Assembly: GCA_963730775.1 (NCBI GenBank)
Contig: CAVSTI010000029.1
Span: 583,265 to 647,264 of the forward strand
Source: an uncultured Acidobacteriaceae bacterium
Lineage (GTDB): Bacteria; Acidobacteriota; Terriglobia; Bryobacterales; Bryobacteraceae
Length of the DNA: 64,000 nucleotides
Direction: 5' to 3'
Shown here: in pieces, positions 1 to 11,191 of the stretch
Numbering within the stretch: the stretch's first letter is position 1
Layout of the letters: each line of letters begins with the position of its first letter
Position numbers and translations under genes: made by a program
The notes under the pieces: generated by a model
Told to the model about the DNA's origin: nothing
Database searches by the model: none
The model's input: only the letters and a program-made list of their open reading frames with translations

Positions 1-312
1 GCTGCGAAATTGCTCCTCGACGATATGAAGGATAAGGATACGAAGCTGTACGACCAGCAGAAAAGCTTTCTGCCGTATTTGACCGGTTATGTTGCGCTGT
101 ATGCTGGTGATCCGAAGACTGCAGTCTCAGATCTGGAAGCGGCCAACGGAAATGACGCTTTTATCCAATGCCTGCTTGGCATGGCATACGAGAAGCTTGG
201 CGATAACGGTAAAGCGACCGAGCTATATCGGAAAGCCGCCGGCGTTCGCGGACACAATCCGCCGGCGGCTTTCGCACACAACTTCACCCGGAAAAAACTG
301 GCGAACAACTAG
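1..312 (+). CDS. TPR-like repeat protein, C-terminal part (gene begins upstream of the window)
   Basis: The frame is open from nt 1 to the TAG at 310-312. The peptide ...AFIQCLLGMAYEKLGDNGKATELYRKAAG... has TPR-like helix-pair spacing. Identification is by motif pattern only. Confidence 0.45.
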   Translation, partial: AAKLLLDDMKDKDTKLYDQQKSFLPYLTGYVALYAGDPKTAVSDLEAANGNDAFIQCLLGMAYEKLGDNGKATELYRKAAGVRGHNPPAAFAHNFTRKKLANN

Positions 313-3300
313 AAGTACAGCTTGAGAGCCAGTTGCAATTGGCGCGGCGTGTTCAGCAAGTCCGCGCTGCTCGTCAGCCGGCCGAAGTTTTGCGACTGCA
401 AACTCGTGCTGCCGGTTCCGAATCGAACTCGATTGAGCAAATTGAACGCTTCGGCGCGGAACTCGAAACGAACTGATTCTCGCAGGGGGAAGCTTCGAGT
501 GACCGAAAGGTTCTCGTTCATGTTTGGAAACTCTCGGAGCTTCGGGTTGTAACGGGTAGAGTTGCCAAAGCCCATCAAGCCGGTACCAAGACCTTGCGCC
601 GGAAACGGCCCTGTGCAGTTAGCGGTTGTAGTCGTACACGGCGAAACAAAAAAGTTATCCGCCGAAGGATCGAAGCTTCCGTTCTTCCAGGTAGGCTGCC
701 AGCCCATATAGGAGCTTACGTACGGCGTGCTTCGGCCTGCCGATTGGTACAGCGGCAGCGTATAAGTTGAAGTGATGCCGACCGGTAAGCCGCTCGAGTA
801 AGTCAAGACTCCACTAACACCCCAATTGCCCAAAAGCCAGGAGGCAGGACCATGAGTCAGATATTGCCTGCCCTTCCCAAAAGGCAAGTCGTAAACAAAG
901 CCAACTTTGAAATTATGAGTCACGTCGTACTGGCCGATCGACTTCTCGAGCCGGCGGTTGTATTGGTCGGCCGCAAGGCAGCATCCGTTAGCAGTGCTTG
1001 TTGCAGCATTGCCCCAATAGCTGTCGGCGTCGGTTAGCAGCTTTGAGAAGACGTAGCAGGTCTGGAAGGTCAGCCCCGCCGTGTAGCGTTTCTCCAAGCG
1101 AATAATGGCAGGCGTGATAGCTCGAGTGCCCGCTATGGTCGCCCTGCCCGCCGAACGTGTCTGATGTTGCGTATATTGCGGAAGGGTCGAAGTGCCTGCT
1201 TGACTGTTCCTGTGAAGCCGGGATAGGGCGCGGTAATCCCGAATGAGTTCGCAAGCGGCGAACCGACATTACTGTTCAACACCAGCGTGCTTTGGGCAAT
1301 GCTGCCGAATTGCGTCAGGACGGAGGGATTGTCCTGGTTATAGTTCAGCAACTGCGCTTGAAGGTGCGGCACCGACGACACCGTTATAGGAGCCCTCGAG
1401 AATCGTGCTGGAAGCTCAGTTGCCGCTGAATGGAGAAGTTGAAGTTATTGGTCTCGGGCGCGCGCGTCGTTTCTGCGCCCTGCCACCAGGTGACCGTAGA
1501 TCCGTTCGACACCGATGGATTGATGAACGGAGGGGCGGTCCATGGCGGCATGCCGTTGCTCAGGAGAAACGTCGGCGTGAGCCCGTTGGTTCTGATTGCT
1601 GAAGCGTCTGGGTCAGCGTGAAGCCCATATTGTGGGCAGATCCGGTGACCGCCATCAGCGGAGCGAACGAGCGGGCGTATGCGCCGCGGATCACGGTTTT
1701 CTCGTTGACCGAGTAGGCAAAACCGACAGTGCGGGCCAAAGGCTCCGTAGTACGAGTCGGCTAGAGTTCGCGAACCTTGTCGCCCCTGCCCGAGCCCGCG
1801 AAAATGACTGCTCCGGGTCGTTGCCCGCGGCGGGGTTCGGAGTGGTCGGCGAGAAATCGCTCCAACGATCGTCCAGGCCGGTCGGGGGCAGATTGGTTTC
1901 CCAGCGCAGACCGAAGTTCAACACGAGCTTCCTCGTGACTTGCCAATCGTCTTGGACAAAGCCGGAGAAGTACGGGAACTGCTGCCCGATAAAGCGGACC
2001 GTATCGATCTGGCCGCGAGTCCGCATAGCCCAGCAGGAACGAAGCGAACGCATTGCCGCCCTGATTCGACCGTTGAGCGCCGGCACGCCGGTTTCGGTAA
2101 AGCTGAAGCCGACGCAACCGGCTTCGCACTGGCGCCCAAAGCCGTTGTAGTGGTTGATCTGTAACTGGCCGCCGAACTTGAGAGTGTGTGAGCCTTTGAT
2201 CCAGGTGAAGTCGTCGTTATAGGAGTAAACCGTATTTTCAGAACCGTTATTCGCCTGGCCGCCCCATGCCGTATAGGGGTTGCCGGTCCCTGAATTGAGA
2301 ACAGTTGGACCAGGTTATCGTTGCAATCGGGCACATTGTGCAGGCAGAACTTATCTTTCCAATTGCCGATGTATTCCTGCGGCGGGTTGTGGTTCTGCCG
2401 CCAGTTATTTCCGCCCGCATAGAAGTGGTTAAACTTGGTCGAACTCAGAGTCCAGTCCCAGCTGAAGCGCACTACATCGGAGTCTTGCTGTGTGTCGTTG
2501 TAATTGGAATAGACACCCGGCAAGGTAGCCGGACCTTCGGGACCAGGCACGGTCGATTCCCGATCGTAACCGTAATAGCCCGAAATGCGATGCTTCTCGT
2601 TGAAGAGATGATCGCCCTTCACGCTCAGCTTGTTGACCGGCTGAACATTCGAACCGTTCGCGATGATGTAGTTGTTGTTGACATAGGCGGCGGTGCCCGG
2701 GCGCGCGCCGGTGTTGGGAGCCAGTTTGCCGCTTGACTGAAAAACCTTCAATGCTTGTAGAGATGCCGCATTGAACAGGTTCACCGGGACTTTGTTCCCG
2801 GGAAATCGGGTTCGGGTTACCGGTGCCGTTCGCGCTGGTTACTTGCGTGGTCGGATCGTAGATCGGAATCTGAGCTCCGGTTGAAGTAACCCAGTTGCTG
2901 AAATCGCCGTTGTACATTTCCGGCGTCGGCACAGTTGCCGTCGCATTGGTTGCTCCGTTGCGATTGCGGAATCCTTCGTACGAAAAGAAGAAGAATGTCT
3001 TGTTGTGGCCGTTATAGAGCTTCGGGATCCAGACCGGCCCGCCGACAGTGGCGCCGAAGTCGTTCTGCTTGTAGATCTGCGCGTGGCTTGCCAAGCTTGT
3101 TGCTGAACAAGTCGTTGGCGTCGAAATCGTTGTTACGCAGAAACTCGTACGCTGAGCCATGGAACTGGTTTGTCCCGGACTTCGCAACGAACGTCATTAC
3201 GCCGCCACCCGCGTGGCCGTATTCTGCTTTAAAGCCGTTCGTGTCAACAGTGAACTGTGTGATGGCTTCGACGGAAGGCGCGTTGGAGGCTACCCAACTT

Positions 3301-3929
3301 TTCTGAAGCGCGCGCGAGGTTGTGACGGACACGCCGTCCAGGGTTGCCCCGTAACTGGCGCCTTGCCCTCCACCAAGCGAGAACCCGGCGTCACCGCCCA
3401 CATTCTTCGATTCCGGAGTGAGAGCCGCCAGATCAAAAGGGCTCCGGACAGCGCCGCCGACCAGCAATGGAAGGGTATCCACGAGCTTCTGATTGATCGT
3501 GACCGATGTCTTTGAGTCTTCGGAGTTCAGTTGCACGACGGCAGCCTGTACTTCCACAACCTGCTGCGATCGACCGACCTGCAGACTAAAATCGGCGCGG
3601 ACCGAGGCCGCGGCGTCCACCGTCAGGCCCGTGATTTCGGCGGGTCGAAATCCCTCCTTGTCCGCTCGAACGGTATAGGTTCCGACCCGCAGGTCAACAA
3701 CCGTGAAGTCGCCCGATTCATTCGTCTGCAACTCTACAGGCTGATTCGTCGCCGTATTGGTAACGGTCACTTTGGCCTGAGGAACAAGCGCGCCGCTTAC
3801 GTCGCGAACAGTTCCCGAAATGGTGCCGCGCTCCGACTGCGCGGTTAAATGGCCCGTGACAAACGAAGCCAGTAAACAGACAAGCGCTCCCTTGAGCGCG
3901 ACCCGACTGGGGATCATAACCCACCTCAT
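309..3929 (-). pseudogene. TonB-dependent outer-membrane receptor with N-terminal carboxypeptidase-regulatory-like domain; frame broken at least 6 times (real decay or indel errors)
   Basis: ORF 3012-3929 has a signal peptide plus TISGTVRDVSGALVPQAKVTVTNTATN...GDFTVVDLRVGTYTVRADKEGF, followed by a plug-like segment. ORFs 2429-3187, 1918-2784, 1691-2086/1761-2129, 1133-1381, 988-1269 and 309-1097 continue colinearly in other frames. The last piece ends ...LQLALKLYF, the terminal aromatic residue typical of beta-barrel OMPs. Confidence 0.8.
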
Positions 3930-4099
3930 GAATTGAGTGATCAGACGGAAGTACTCACTCCGCAGTCACTGCTTAGACCCGCACAACAGTAAGTCCGGAT
4001 TCGGCACTACTGTGATTGAACTAGAGGGATTCTATAGTGATCCGGCGATCAGGTCAAGGGAGTACGTACTGACTCATGTATAGACGTGGTTTGTAAACC

Positions 4100-5424
4100 C
4101 TACTGGTTGATGACGCTCCCGTCAGCTCGACGAACAACGCCCCATCCACCATTCAGGGCTTTTCGCGAGCCGGTCTCGGCACCAAACGGATACTTCGCGG
4201 CGGCTTTCATATTGATTTCTATCCCCAACCCGGCTTCTCGTTTGCGTAAACATAGCCGTCTTTCACGACCGGATAGCCTTCGAAGACTTCCTGTACGCGT
4301 TCGTTGGCGAAGGTCCATTCCTGGACGCCAAAATTGGTCGAAATCAGGTCGAGGGTTACGTTTGCGCAGTGGCCGACCGGAGACACATCGCCGGGACCGT
4401 GCCAAGCGGTTTTTACCTGGAAGGCTTCGGCGAGCGCCGCGATCTTCCGGCAGGGTGTCAGGCCGCCCGCCTGCGAAACGTGGACACGAATGTAATCGAT
4501 CACGCTACTCTTGATCACTCCGCTCCATTCGTGTGGGCTATTGAAAAGCTCACCCATCGCTAACGGGGTAGAGCAGTTTGCACGGATTTGTTTAAAGTAC
4601 TCGATATTCTCCGGCGACAGTGCGTCTTCCAGGTAAAAGAGCCGAAACTGTTCCATGTCTTTGGCGAATGTCACCGCAAGCCTGGGGGGCACTCGCTCAT
4701 GAACGTCGTGCAGCAGTTCGATCTCGGCACCCAGTTCTTTCCGAGCGGTCTCGAACAGCTGCAAGGTGCGGCGAACGTACGGCAGGGGCTCAAAGATCTC
4801 GTCTTCGGGCGTGACGCTGGGTGATTGTCTCGTACCACCGGGCGCAGCTCCATAGGCGGCCATTCCGGGCACGCCAACCTGCAGCCGGACCACCTTGATC
4901 CCCTGCGCCATCAACTTACGCGCCTGATCAATCGTCTCCGAGATTTCACGCCCGGACGCGTGTGAGTAGATCAAGGCTCCCCGGCGCTGCTTGCCGCCGA
5001 GTAACTCGTAGACCGGCATGCCCGCCTGCTTGGCCTTGATGTCCCAAAGCGCCTGGTCCACGCCGCTGATTGCGTTGTTCAGCACCGGCCCGTTTCGCCA
5101 ATAAGACGAGTTGTACATGGCCTGCCATAGATCCTCAATGCCATCCGTCGGACGGTTTAGAAGGAACGGCTTCAGATAGCGCTCAACGGCGGCAACCACC
5201 AGGTCTGCACGCTGAGTAAACGTAGCGCATCCATAGCCGTAGAGACCGTCCTGGTCTGTGTCGATTCGGACAACGGCAAGCCGGACGCCCGCCGGGGCCG
5301 TACAGATGACCGAGACATCACGGATCTTGGGTATAGGCAAGCCCCGGAGCGCGGTGACGGGTAGGAAAGCGGCCGCAGCGCCTTCGAGTAGACTTCGCCG
5401 CGAGAAAGTGTTGGATTTTCTCAT
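4100..5424 (-). CDS. Enolase-superfamily sugar-acid dehydratase (D-mannonate/D-galactonate dehydratase-like) with Tat-type leader; one frameshift near 4222
   Basis: ORF 4219-5424 contains GVDQALWDIKAKQAGMPVYELLGG, LEDALSPENIEYFKQIR and WHGPGDVSPVG. Its N-terminus MRKSNTFSRRSLLEGAAAAF carries a twin-arginine motif. After ...EKPGWG the expected C-terminus IEINMKAAAKYPF... continues in ORF 4100-4405. The break lies in the G-run at about 4222-4226. Confidence 0.8.
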
Positions 5425-5447
5425 TTGTAAGTATTGTTTGATCTATA

Positions 5448-6804
5448 TCAAGAGAACAGCCGGTCCGCAGATTTCTCGGAATTCCAAAGCGGAGTCGGCT
5501 CAAAGAAACCTGGAACGAAGAGGTGTTGCTTGACGACGTCATCGTTCAGCGTGATTCCGAGTCCCGGCTTGTCTGGGACGGTGATGTAGCCCTGGTTCAC
5601 AATCGGTTTGTCCACGCCCTCGACCAGAGAATCCCACCAAGGGACGTCGACCGAGTGATTTTCCATCGCCAGAAAGTTACTGGTCGCCGCGATGCGAATG
5701 GACGCCGGCCATACAGGCAACCGGTGTACCGGCGAAATGAACCGCCATCGCGACGCCGTACTCCTCCGCCATGTCACCGATCCGTTTCGTCTCGAGGATA
5801 CCGCCCGACGTCCCCGGATCAGGATGAATGATATCAACGGCGTGCGTCTCGCACAGCTTTTTGAAACCGTCCTTCAGATAGATATCTTCGCCGGTCAGGA
5901 TCGGAATATCGACTTCGCTCGAGATCTGTTTCAGAAGATCCGTGTAATACCAGGGCACCATGTCTTCCAGCCACGCCATGTTGAACTGCGTGAGCTTCTT
6001 GCCGAGGCGGATGCAAGAATTCACTCCAATATGGCCGAAGTGATCGGCCGAGAGCGGAACGTCCATTCCGACCTGAGATCGAACCACGGACACGTACTCC
6101 GCCATCAGATCCAGCCCTTTGTCAGTGATCTCGATGCCTGTCAGCGGATGCTCTTTCCAGAAGGTGTCGCGCGTGGGATCCATTCCCAGCGGCCTGGTCA
6201 AAGCGCCGGGCACGTTCTGAATGAGGTCGACGCCCAAGTCCATTTTGAGCCACGTGAAGCCCTGATCCATTCGCGCCTTCAAGCGCTGTCCGTAGACCTT
6301 CGGATCCGGCGATTCGGTGGTGTCGCAGTACACGCGAACCTTGTCCCGGAACTTACCGCCGAGCATTTGATACACCGGCACATTAAACGCCTTACCGGCA
6401 AGATCCCACAGCGCCATCTCTACGCCGCAGACGCCGCCGGCCTGGCGCGATTGTCCGCCGAATTGGCGAATCTTCCGAAATACCTTTTCAACGTCGCAGG
6501 GGTTTTCACCCAAGAGCCGGCTCTTCAGCATGAGCGCATACGTTGCGCTTGCGCCGTCCCGAACCTCCCCGAGACCATAAACTCCCTGGTTCGTATCGAT
6601 GCGCACCAGAGGGCACGTCATCGGAGCCTTCGCTACCGTGGCGACGCGGAGATCCGTAATTTTCAGTTCCGAGGGCTTGGAGTTCGTGTTCGTGTTACGC
6701 GGAAGTGCTTCCAGCACTTCATCCGCCCAGAACGAAGAGGCTGCTACGGTGCACGCGCCCTTCAGGAACCCGCGCCGTCCAAAACTTTTCGCTGACTTAC
6801 CCAT
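5448..6804 (-). CDS. Second enolase-superfamily dehydratase paralogue with Tat-type leader; one frameshift near 5697
   Basis: ORF 5677-6804 starts MGKSAKSFGRRGFLKGACTVAASS (RRxFLK). It contains GVCGVEMALWDLAGKAFNVPVYQMLGG and MAWLEDMVPW. The text ...HFAGTPVACMAGVH then continues as IAATSNFLAMENHSVDVPWWDSLV... in ORF 5448-5837. Confidence 0.75.
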
Positions 6805-6845
6805 AAAAGCTCGGCCCTTCGGGTGGGAAGGTTATCACAACTCCG

Positions 6846-7724
6846 TCATCGCTTTAAGTGCTGCTGCTTATATTCTTCGTACTGGCGCTTCAATTCGGGA
6901 TCGTGAGGGCTGGGATAGATGTCGCTTGATTTGTACTTGCCCGTTTTCAGCATCATCTGTGTCCAGTCGTCGTGCACATGGATTTCTTCGGCGTTGTCGA
7001 TGATTTCTTTCACGAACTGCGGGGGTATGAAATAGATTCCTTCGCTGTCTCCGAACACCACGTCCCCAGGCATCACGGTGGCGGCTCCGATCCGAATGGG
7101 AAGATTCACTCCGGTCAGCATGCAGTTGGCAATGGGCGTTGGATGAGCACCACGAATGTACACCGGCATGCCCTTCTCTGAAATGCTGCCTAAGTCTCGC
7201 ACGGCCCCGTCCACCACGAAGCCTTTCTGGGTGAAAACGTTGATCGCGGTAGCAAGATTGTCGCCGACGTAAGTACCGCCTTCTTCCTTCCCGTATAGAT
7301 CGACCACGATAACGTCTCCATTCTGGAGGCTATCGATAACCCGCTGGTTAGCATTCCGTCGAACACCTTTGCCGTTGGCCTTTTCCTCGGCGACAGTCTG
7401 CACATCTTCTCTGAGCGGCATGAACTGAGCCGTTACGGCTCGACCGACCAGGTGCTTATCCGGATGAAGTATCTGCCAGTGCCCTTCGAACTGATTGTTG
7501 TAATGATGGCGGTTGAGAATGGTCCACACTTCTTCCGCGCTGACGCCTTCCAGCTTCTTTAGGAGCTCATCTGGAACCTTGGGCCGTCCATCCTCCGAAC
7601 GGTCGAATGGGTTGTTCCTGGTGTAGTCGATCAGCTGTTCGCGGCTGAACGACATCACTTGCGCGCCCAAGCGAGCGCCGGGTAGAAAAGCGAGAGCGAG
7701 GCAGAGTAGCGGGGCTCTTTTCAT
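6846..7724 (-). CDS. RraA-family protein (RraA / HMG-CHA class II aldolase fold) with Sec-type signal peptide
   Basis: GDVIVVDLYGKEEGGTYVGDNLATAINVFTQKGFVVDGAVRDLGSISEKGMPVYIRG is the RraA-family core. The internal Met at 7724 gives MKRAPLLCLALAFLPGARLGAQ, a signal-like leader. The ORF track starts further upstream, at 7817. Confidence 0.7.
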   Translation of the reverse strand: MKRAPLLCLALAFLPGARLGAQVMSFSREQLIDYTRNNPFDRSEDGRPKVPDELLKKLEGVSAEEVWTILNRHHYNNQFEGHWQILHPDKHLVGRAVTAQFMPLREDVQTVAEEKANGKGVRRNANQRVIDSLQNGDVIVVDLYGKEEGGTYVGDNLATAINVFTQKGFVVDGAVRDLGSISEKGMPVYIRGAHPTPIANCMLTGVNLPIRIGAATVMPGDVVFGDSEGIYFIPPQFVKEIIDNAEEIHVHDDWTQMMLKTGKYKSSDIYPSPHDPELKRQYEEYKQQHLKR

Positions 7725-7884
7725 AACAGCTACGCAGCATATCAGGAGGCAATGGAACTCAGTTCGTTCACCGCCGCTCAATGCACGTTCGGAGCTTTCA
7801 CTGCAAGGTCGGAACACCTGGAGGAGTAACCTGTCAGAGAAGCCAACGATGTGGATGGCTGATCATCACGGGAAGACCAATCTC

Positions 7885-8619
7885 ATGCGATTGAAACTAA
7901 GCCTGTCGGCAGCACTAACGGTAATTGTCTGCTTGACATTTTTTCGGGATAGAGCCAAAGGGGATGCGCCACCCGACGACTTGATCACCGGCTTCCGCCA
8001 GGTGGAGGTAGCCTCCGTAGCGGACGCTATCGAGCAACTCTATGGCAAAAAGATGTACATGACGCACGACATGCGGCCGCTTGCCATGGCCAAGTTCGCG
8101 GGTCCGGCCACCACCGTCCGGTTGACGAAGGAAGAGAATACGGAGGGCGCAAAGGCCGTTTCGGGGATGATGGATGCGATCGACGAAGCTCAGCCCGGCT
8201 CGGTGTATGTCATGTCGCTACAAGACGGACAGGATTACGCCGGCCTCGGCGGTCTCATGAGCACAGCGATGAAGTATCGAGGTCTGGCCGGAGCAGTAGT
8301 CGACGGGGGCGTGCGTGACACTCCGCAGATTGCCAAACTGCAATTCCCGGTTTTCAGTCGTGGTGTGGTCCCTTCCACAACGATCAATCACTTCCGCGTG
8401 ACGGGCAAAAATGTTCCCGTGGTTTGTGCGGGTGTTCCGGTCCGCCCCGCCGATATTATCGTCGCCGATATGGACGGTGTAGTCGTCGTTCCACGCGAAA
8501 ACGCTCAGGAAATATTGAAGAAAGCGCAACAACTCGATGAAACAGAGCACAGTATGTATCCTTTCATCGAAAAGTACAAATCCATTCGCGAAGCGGTTTC
8601 AAAGTTCGGACGCTTGTGA
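7885..8619 (+). CDS. RraA-family protein, second copy, with hydrophobic N-terminal leader or anchor
   Basis: GSVYVMSLQDGQDYAGLGGLMSTAMKYRGLAGAVVDGGVRDTPQIAKLQFPVFSRG is the RraA core. The probable start is MRLKLSLSAALTVIVCLTFF at 7885; the ORF track starts at 7849. It is divergent from the first copy. Confidence 0.7.
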   Translation: MRLKLSLSAALTVIVCLTFFRDRAKGDAPPDDLITGFRQVEVASVADAIEQLYGKKMYMTHDMRPLAMAKFAGPATTVRLTKEENTEGAKAVSGMMDAIDEAQPGSVYVMSLQDGQDYAGLGGLMSTAMKYRGLAGAVVDGGVRDTPQIAKLQFPVFSRGVVPSTTINHFRVTGKNVPVVCAGVPVRPADIIVADMDGVVVVPRENAQEILKKAQQLDETEHSMYPFIEKYKSIREAVSKFGRL

Positions 8620-8685
8620 TTTGGACTGCAACATCCACGAGATCACGTTGCCATCAATCGTGTCTACGTTCCTGGAGAACTCGAA

Positions 8686-9585
8686 ATGAAAGCAGTGCGG
8701 CTACACGGGTATGGCGATGTTGACCAGTTGAAGTACGAGGACGTGGAAACGCCGGAACCGAAACCGGATGAAGTGTTAGTGAAGGTCGCCGCGACAAGCG
8801 TCAATCCGATCGACTGGAAACTCCGCAGCGGCGCTGCCAAGAACTATATGCCGCTGACGCTGCCCGTTATTCTCGGGCGGGATGTCTCCGGAACGGTCGC
8901 CAAGGTCGGTGCGAATGTTCGGAATCCCGAGCCCGGCCAAACCGTCGCCGGGCTTGTCAACCAGAGCTACGCGGAGTACCTGGTGACACGCCCGGAAGAT
9001 CTGACCATCGTTCCACATGGAGTTACTGTTGAGGACACTGCGGCCCTGCCGCTGGTGGTTACAACTGGTGCACAGCTCATCCAGCACATGCAACCGAAAC
9101 CGGGAGACCTCATGTTGATCACCGGTGCGGTGGGAAGCGTCGGGCGTGCGGCGGTCTATAGCGCTTTGGCGAAAGGCGTGCGCGTCATTGCGGGCGTCAA
9201 GTCGTCTCAGGTACAAGAGGCGAAGTCGCTAGGTGCGGAGCAGGTGATTGGGGTCGACAACGACGCTGAGATTGCGGCGCTCCCGGAACTCGACGCCATT
9301 GGCGACATGGTGGGTCACGAAGTGATCGGGAAGGTTCTTCCGAAACTGAAAGCAGGTGGCGTGCTTGGATCCGTCTTCAGGACACCCGTCGAACGGAAAG
9401 ATATCCGGGTCGAGAGCTTCATGGCAAGGCCGGATGCCTCTCTGCTCCGCCAGATGATCGACGCCGTGCGGGATGGTAAGTTGGTGATCCCGATTGCAAG
9501 AAGGATGAGCCTGCGCGATGCAGCCGAAGCCCAGAGCCTGGCCGAGAGGGGATCGGTCGGAGGCAAGATCCTGCTCATTCCCTAG
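8686..9585 (+). CDS. Medium-chain dehydrogenase/reductase, NADPH:quinone oxidoreductase-like
   Basis: MKAVRLHGYGDVDQLKYEDVETPEPKPDEVLVKVAATSVNPIDWKLRSG and LITGAVGSVGRAAV (a Rossmann GxxGxxG variant) are typical of zeta-crystallin-like quinone oxidoreductases. Confidence 0.8.
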   Translation: MKAVRLHGYGDVDQLKYEDVETPEPKPDEVLVKVAATSVNPIDWKLRSGAAKNYMPLTLPVILGRDVSGTVAKVGANVRNPEPGQTVAGLVNQSYAEYLVTRPEDLTIVPHGVTVEDTAALPLVVTTGAQLIQHMQPKPGDLMLITGAVGSVGRAAVYSALAKGVRVIAGVKSSQVQEAKSLGAEQVIGVDNDAEIAALPELDAIGDMVGHEVIGKVLPKLKAGGVLGSVFRTPVERKDIRVESFMARPDASLLRQMIDAVRDGKLVIPIARRMSLRDAAEAQSLAERGSVGGKILLIP

Positions 9586-9600
9586 ATCCCTACGACGAAA

Positions 9601-10509
9601 TCAACTTTCACGCTCCGCTAACAAGCGGATATGTTCGAGTACTCGCATATGGATGTGATGCACGATCGCGTCTGACCACCACCGCCAATACTCGGCGGGC
9701 CAGAGGCCATGTTGATACCAGGAAGTTCCTTCCAGAAGCGTCCGTCCTCCTGACAAGGCTGTCAGCTTGAATTCGCCTTGTTTCGAGATGTAGTAGCCGG
9801 TCAGGTGTTTGGGAAAGACCGGCCCGTACAGCCCGGTTTCTTCCATGGCGGGCGGCGTCGAGAGAACGCGAAACCGGAGCAGATAAGGCGGCTCCCAAGC
9901 AGTCACTCGTTCCACAACAGGACCGGTGGAGAGATCACAATACCGAGGGGCGCCCAGGCCCGCTCGGAGCAGTCGTGTTCGCATCGGGTACGCTACGCCG
10001 GTTCGTAATACCCAGTCTCTCGGTCCGGCGATCTCCGGAAACGCAACAGCATATTTCCACACATGCTCAGGCGAGGCGTTGACAACCAGACTCGTGCGAA
10101 CAGCGTAGACGGGTGGCTTTGCGTGAGTGTCAAACCAGAGAGTCATGGGAAGCAGCAGCAGCGTTGCCGTCGCGCGATTCTCTTCGAAACCAAAGCAGCC
10201 GTAGACGAGGAGGCTCCCCAGAACGCTCAGCACGATGGCCGGGAGAAGAGCCATCACGACACAGATGATTCCTTCGACACCTGTCACCAGGAAGAAACAA
10301 GAGCCTACAAACCCGGTCACCACGCCGACACTCACGGCCTGGCCAGCCGTACAAGGACGAAAGGCCCAAGACACAATCCCACCCGCGCAGATCGGAATTG
10401 CGATAAACACAGTCCAACCGTAGACTCCATGCTGGACCAAGGCCATGCTTCCCGCAGCAACGAGGGCCAATAGAGCAACAGCAATCACTATGCGCGTTCC
10501 AGTTGTCAT
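9601..10509 (-). CDS. Membrane protein: N-terminal 4-5 TM segment fused to a C-terminal SRPBCC (START/Bet v1-like) domain
   Basis: The ATG at 10507-10509 (MTTGTRIVIAVALLALV...) lies 2 nt after the TetR stop codon. The first ~130 aa are hydrophobic. The C-terminal part NASPEHVWKYAVAFPEIAG...VVERVTAWEPPYLLRFRV resembles SRPBCC/polyketide-cyclase-like domains. Confidence 0.6.
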   Translation of the reverse strand: MTTGTRIVIAVALLALVAAGSMALVQHGVYGWTVFIAIPICAGGIVSWAFRPCTAGQAVSVGVVTGFVGSCFFLVTGVEGIICVVMALLPAIVLSVLGSLLVYGCFGFEENRATATLLLLPMTLWFDTHAKPPVYAVRTSLVVNASPEHVWKYAVAFPEIAGPRDWVLRTGVAYPMRTRLLRAGLGAPRYCDLSTGPVVERVTAWEPPYLLRFRVLSTPPAMEETGLYGPVFPKHLTGYYISKQGEFKLTALSGGRTLLEGTSWYQHGLWPAEYWRWWSDAIVHHIHMRVLEHIRLLAERES

Positions 10510-10511
10510 CG

Positions 10512-11189
10512 TCAGCCTCCGGTTGCAATTGCGATCAGCTCGAGTACCGGCTTCCGCAGGGGGCGCATAAATGGAAGGCTGGAGAAGCGAACCAGCGTGG
10601 CCGCAATCCTGCACGCGAGAGGCAGCAATTTCTCGGTCCTCTCTTGCTGAGGCGAGTCGTCCGTCACCCAGAAGTAAATTAAGCCCATCTGGAAGAACCA
10701 CAGGACAGCAGGAAGGTGTGGCGTCAGATCTTTGGGGACGCGGGGTCCGGCGTCCTCAATCATTCGACGAAACCACGAGACGTCGATGTCTCGTATGCCC
10801 TTCGTGTCGGCGCTGAACGGAGAGAGCGGATATTTCGGATCGGCACCGTTGCGTAACAGAGCGCGCAAGACAGCTCGATTGGGAGCGAAATGAGAGAGCT
10901 TGACTCGAATCAACGCACACAGACCGGCTTCGAAGCCGTCTGCCGTTTCAAGCGCCTGCTCGAGTTTCTGCTGCATCTCATCGCAAGCGCGCTGATAAAA
11001 GTCGAGCACGATGGCGTCTTTCGACGCATAGTAGTAGTACGCCGCTCCCGTCGCCATCTGCGCCTTTTCGGCGATCCGACGCATGGTGGTCTGGTCAAAT
11101 CCCTCCTCGCGGAAGAGCTCGAGAGCGGCTTCGAGAATTCTGGCGCCCGTCGCCTCTGATTTGGACTTCGGCTGCGGTGTGCTGACCAT
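10512..11189 (-). CDS. TetR/AcrR-family transcriptional regulator
   Basis: The N-terminal HTH ARILEAALELFREEGFDQTTMRRIAEKAQMATGAAYYYYASKDAIV is the canonical TetR signature. Confidence 0.9.
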   Translation of the reverse strand: MVSTPQPKSKSEATGARILEAALELFREEGFDQTTMRRIAEKAQMATGAAYYYYASKDAIVLDFYQRACDEMQQKLEQALETADGFEAGLCALIRVKLSHFAPNRAVLRALLRNGADPKYPLSPFSADTKGIRDIDVSWFRRMIEDAGPRVPKDLTPHLPAVLWFFQMGLIYFWVTDDSPQQERTEKLLPLACRIAATLVRFSSLPFMRPLRKPVLELIAIATGG

Positions 11190-11191
11190 TT

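Noticed and set aside
309-3929. Programmed ribosomal frameshifting or phase variation as the cause of the frame breaks
   Set aside because: The breaks are numerous and scattered over unrelated genes. Where I read them (about 4222, 5697, 22770, 40552 and 40586) they are not associated with slippery heptamers or long simple repeats. Indel error or decay is more parsimonious.
5692-6795. 367-aa ORF on the plus strand covering almost the whole ManD-like gene
   Set aside because: It is exactly antisense to a gene with clear enolase-superfamily text. Its own translation is Arg/His/Pro-rich low-complexity text with no recognisable motif. Long antisense ORFs are expected in high-GC DNA.
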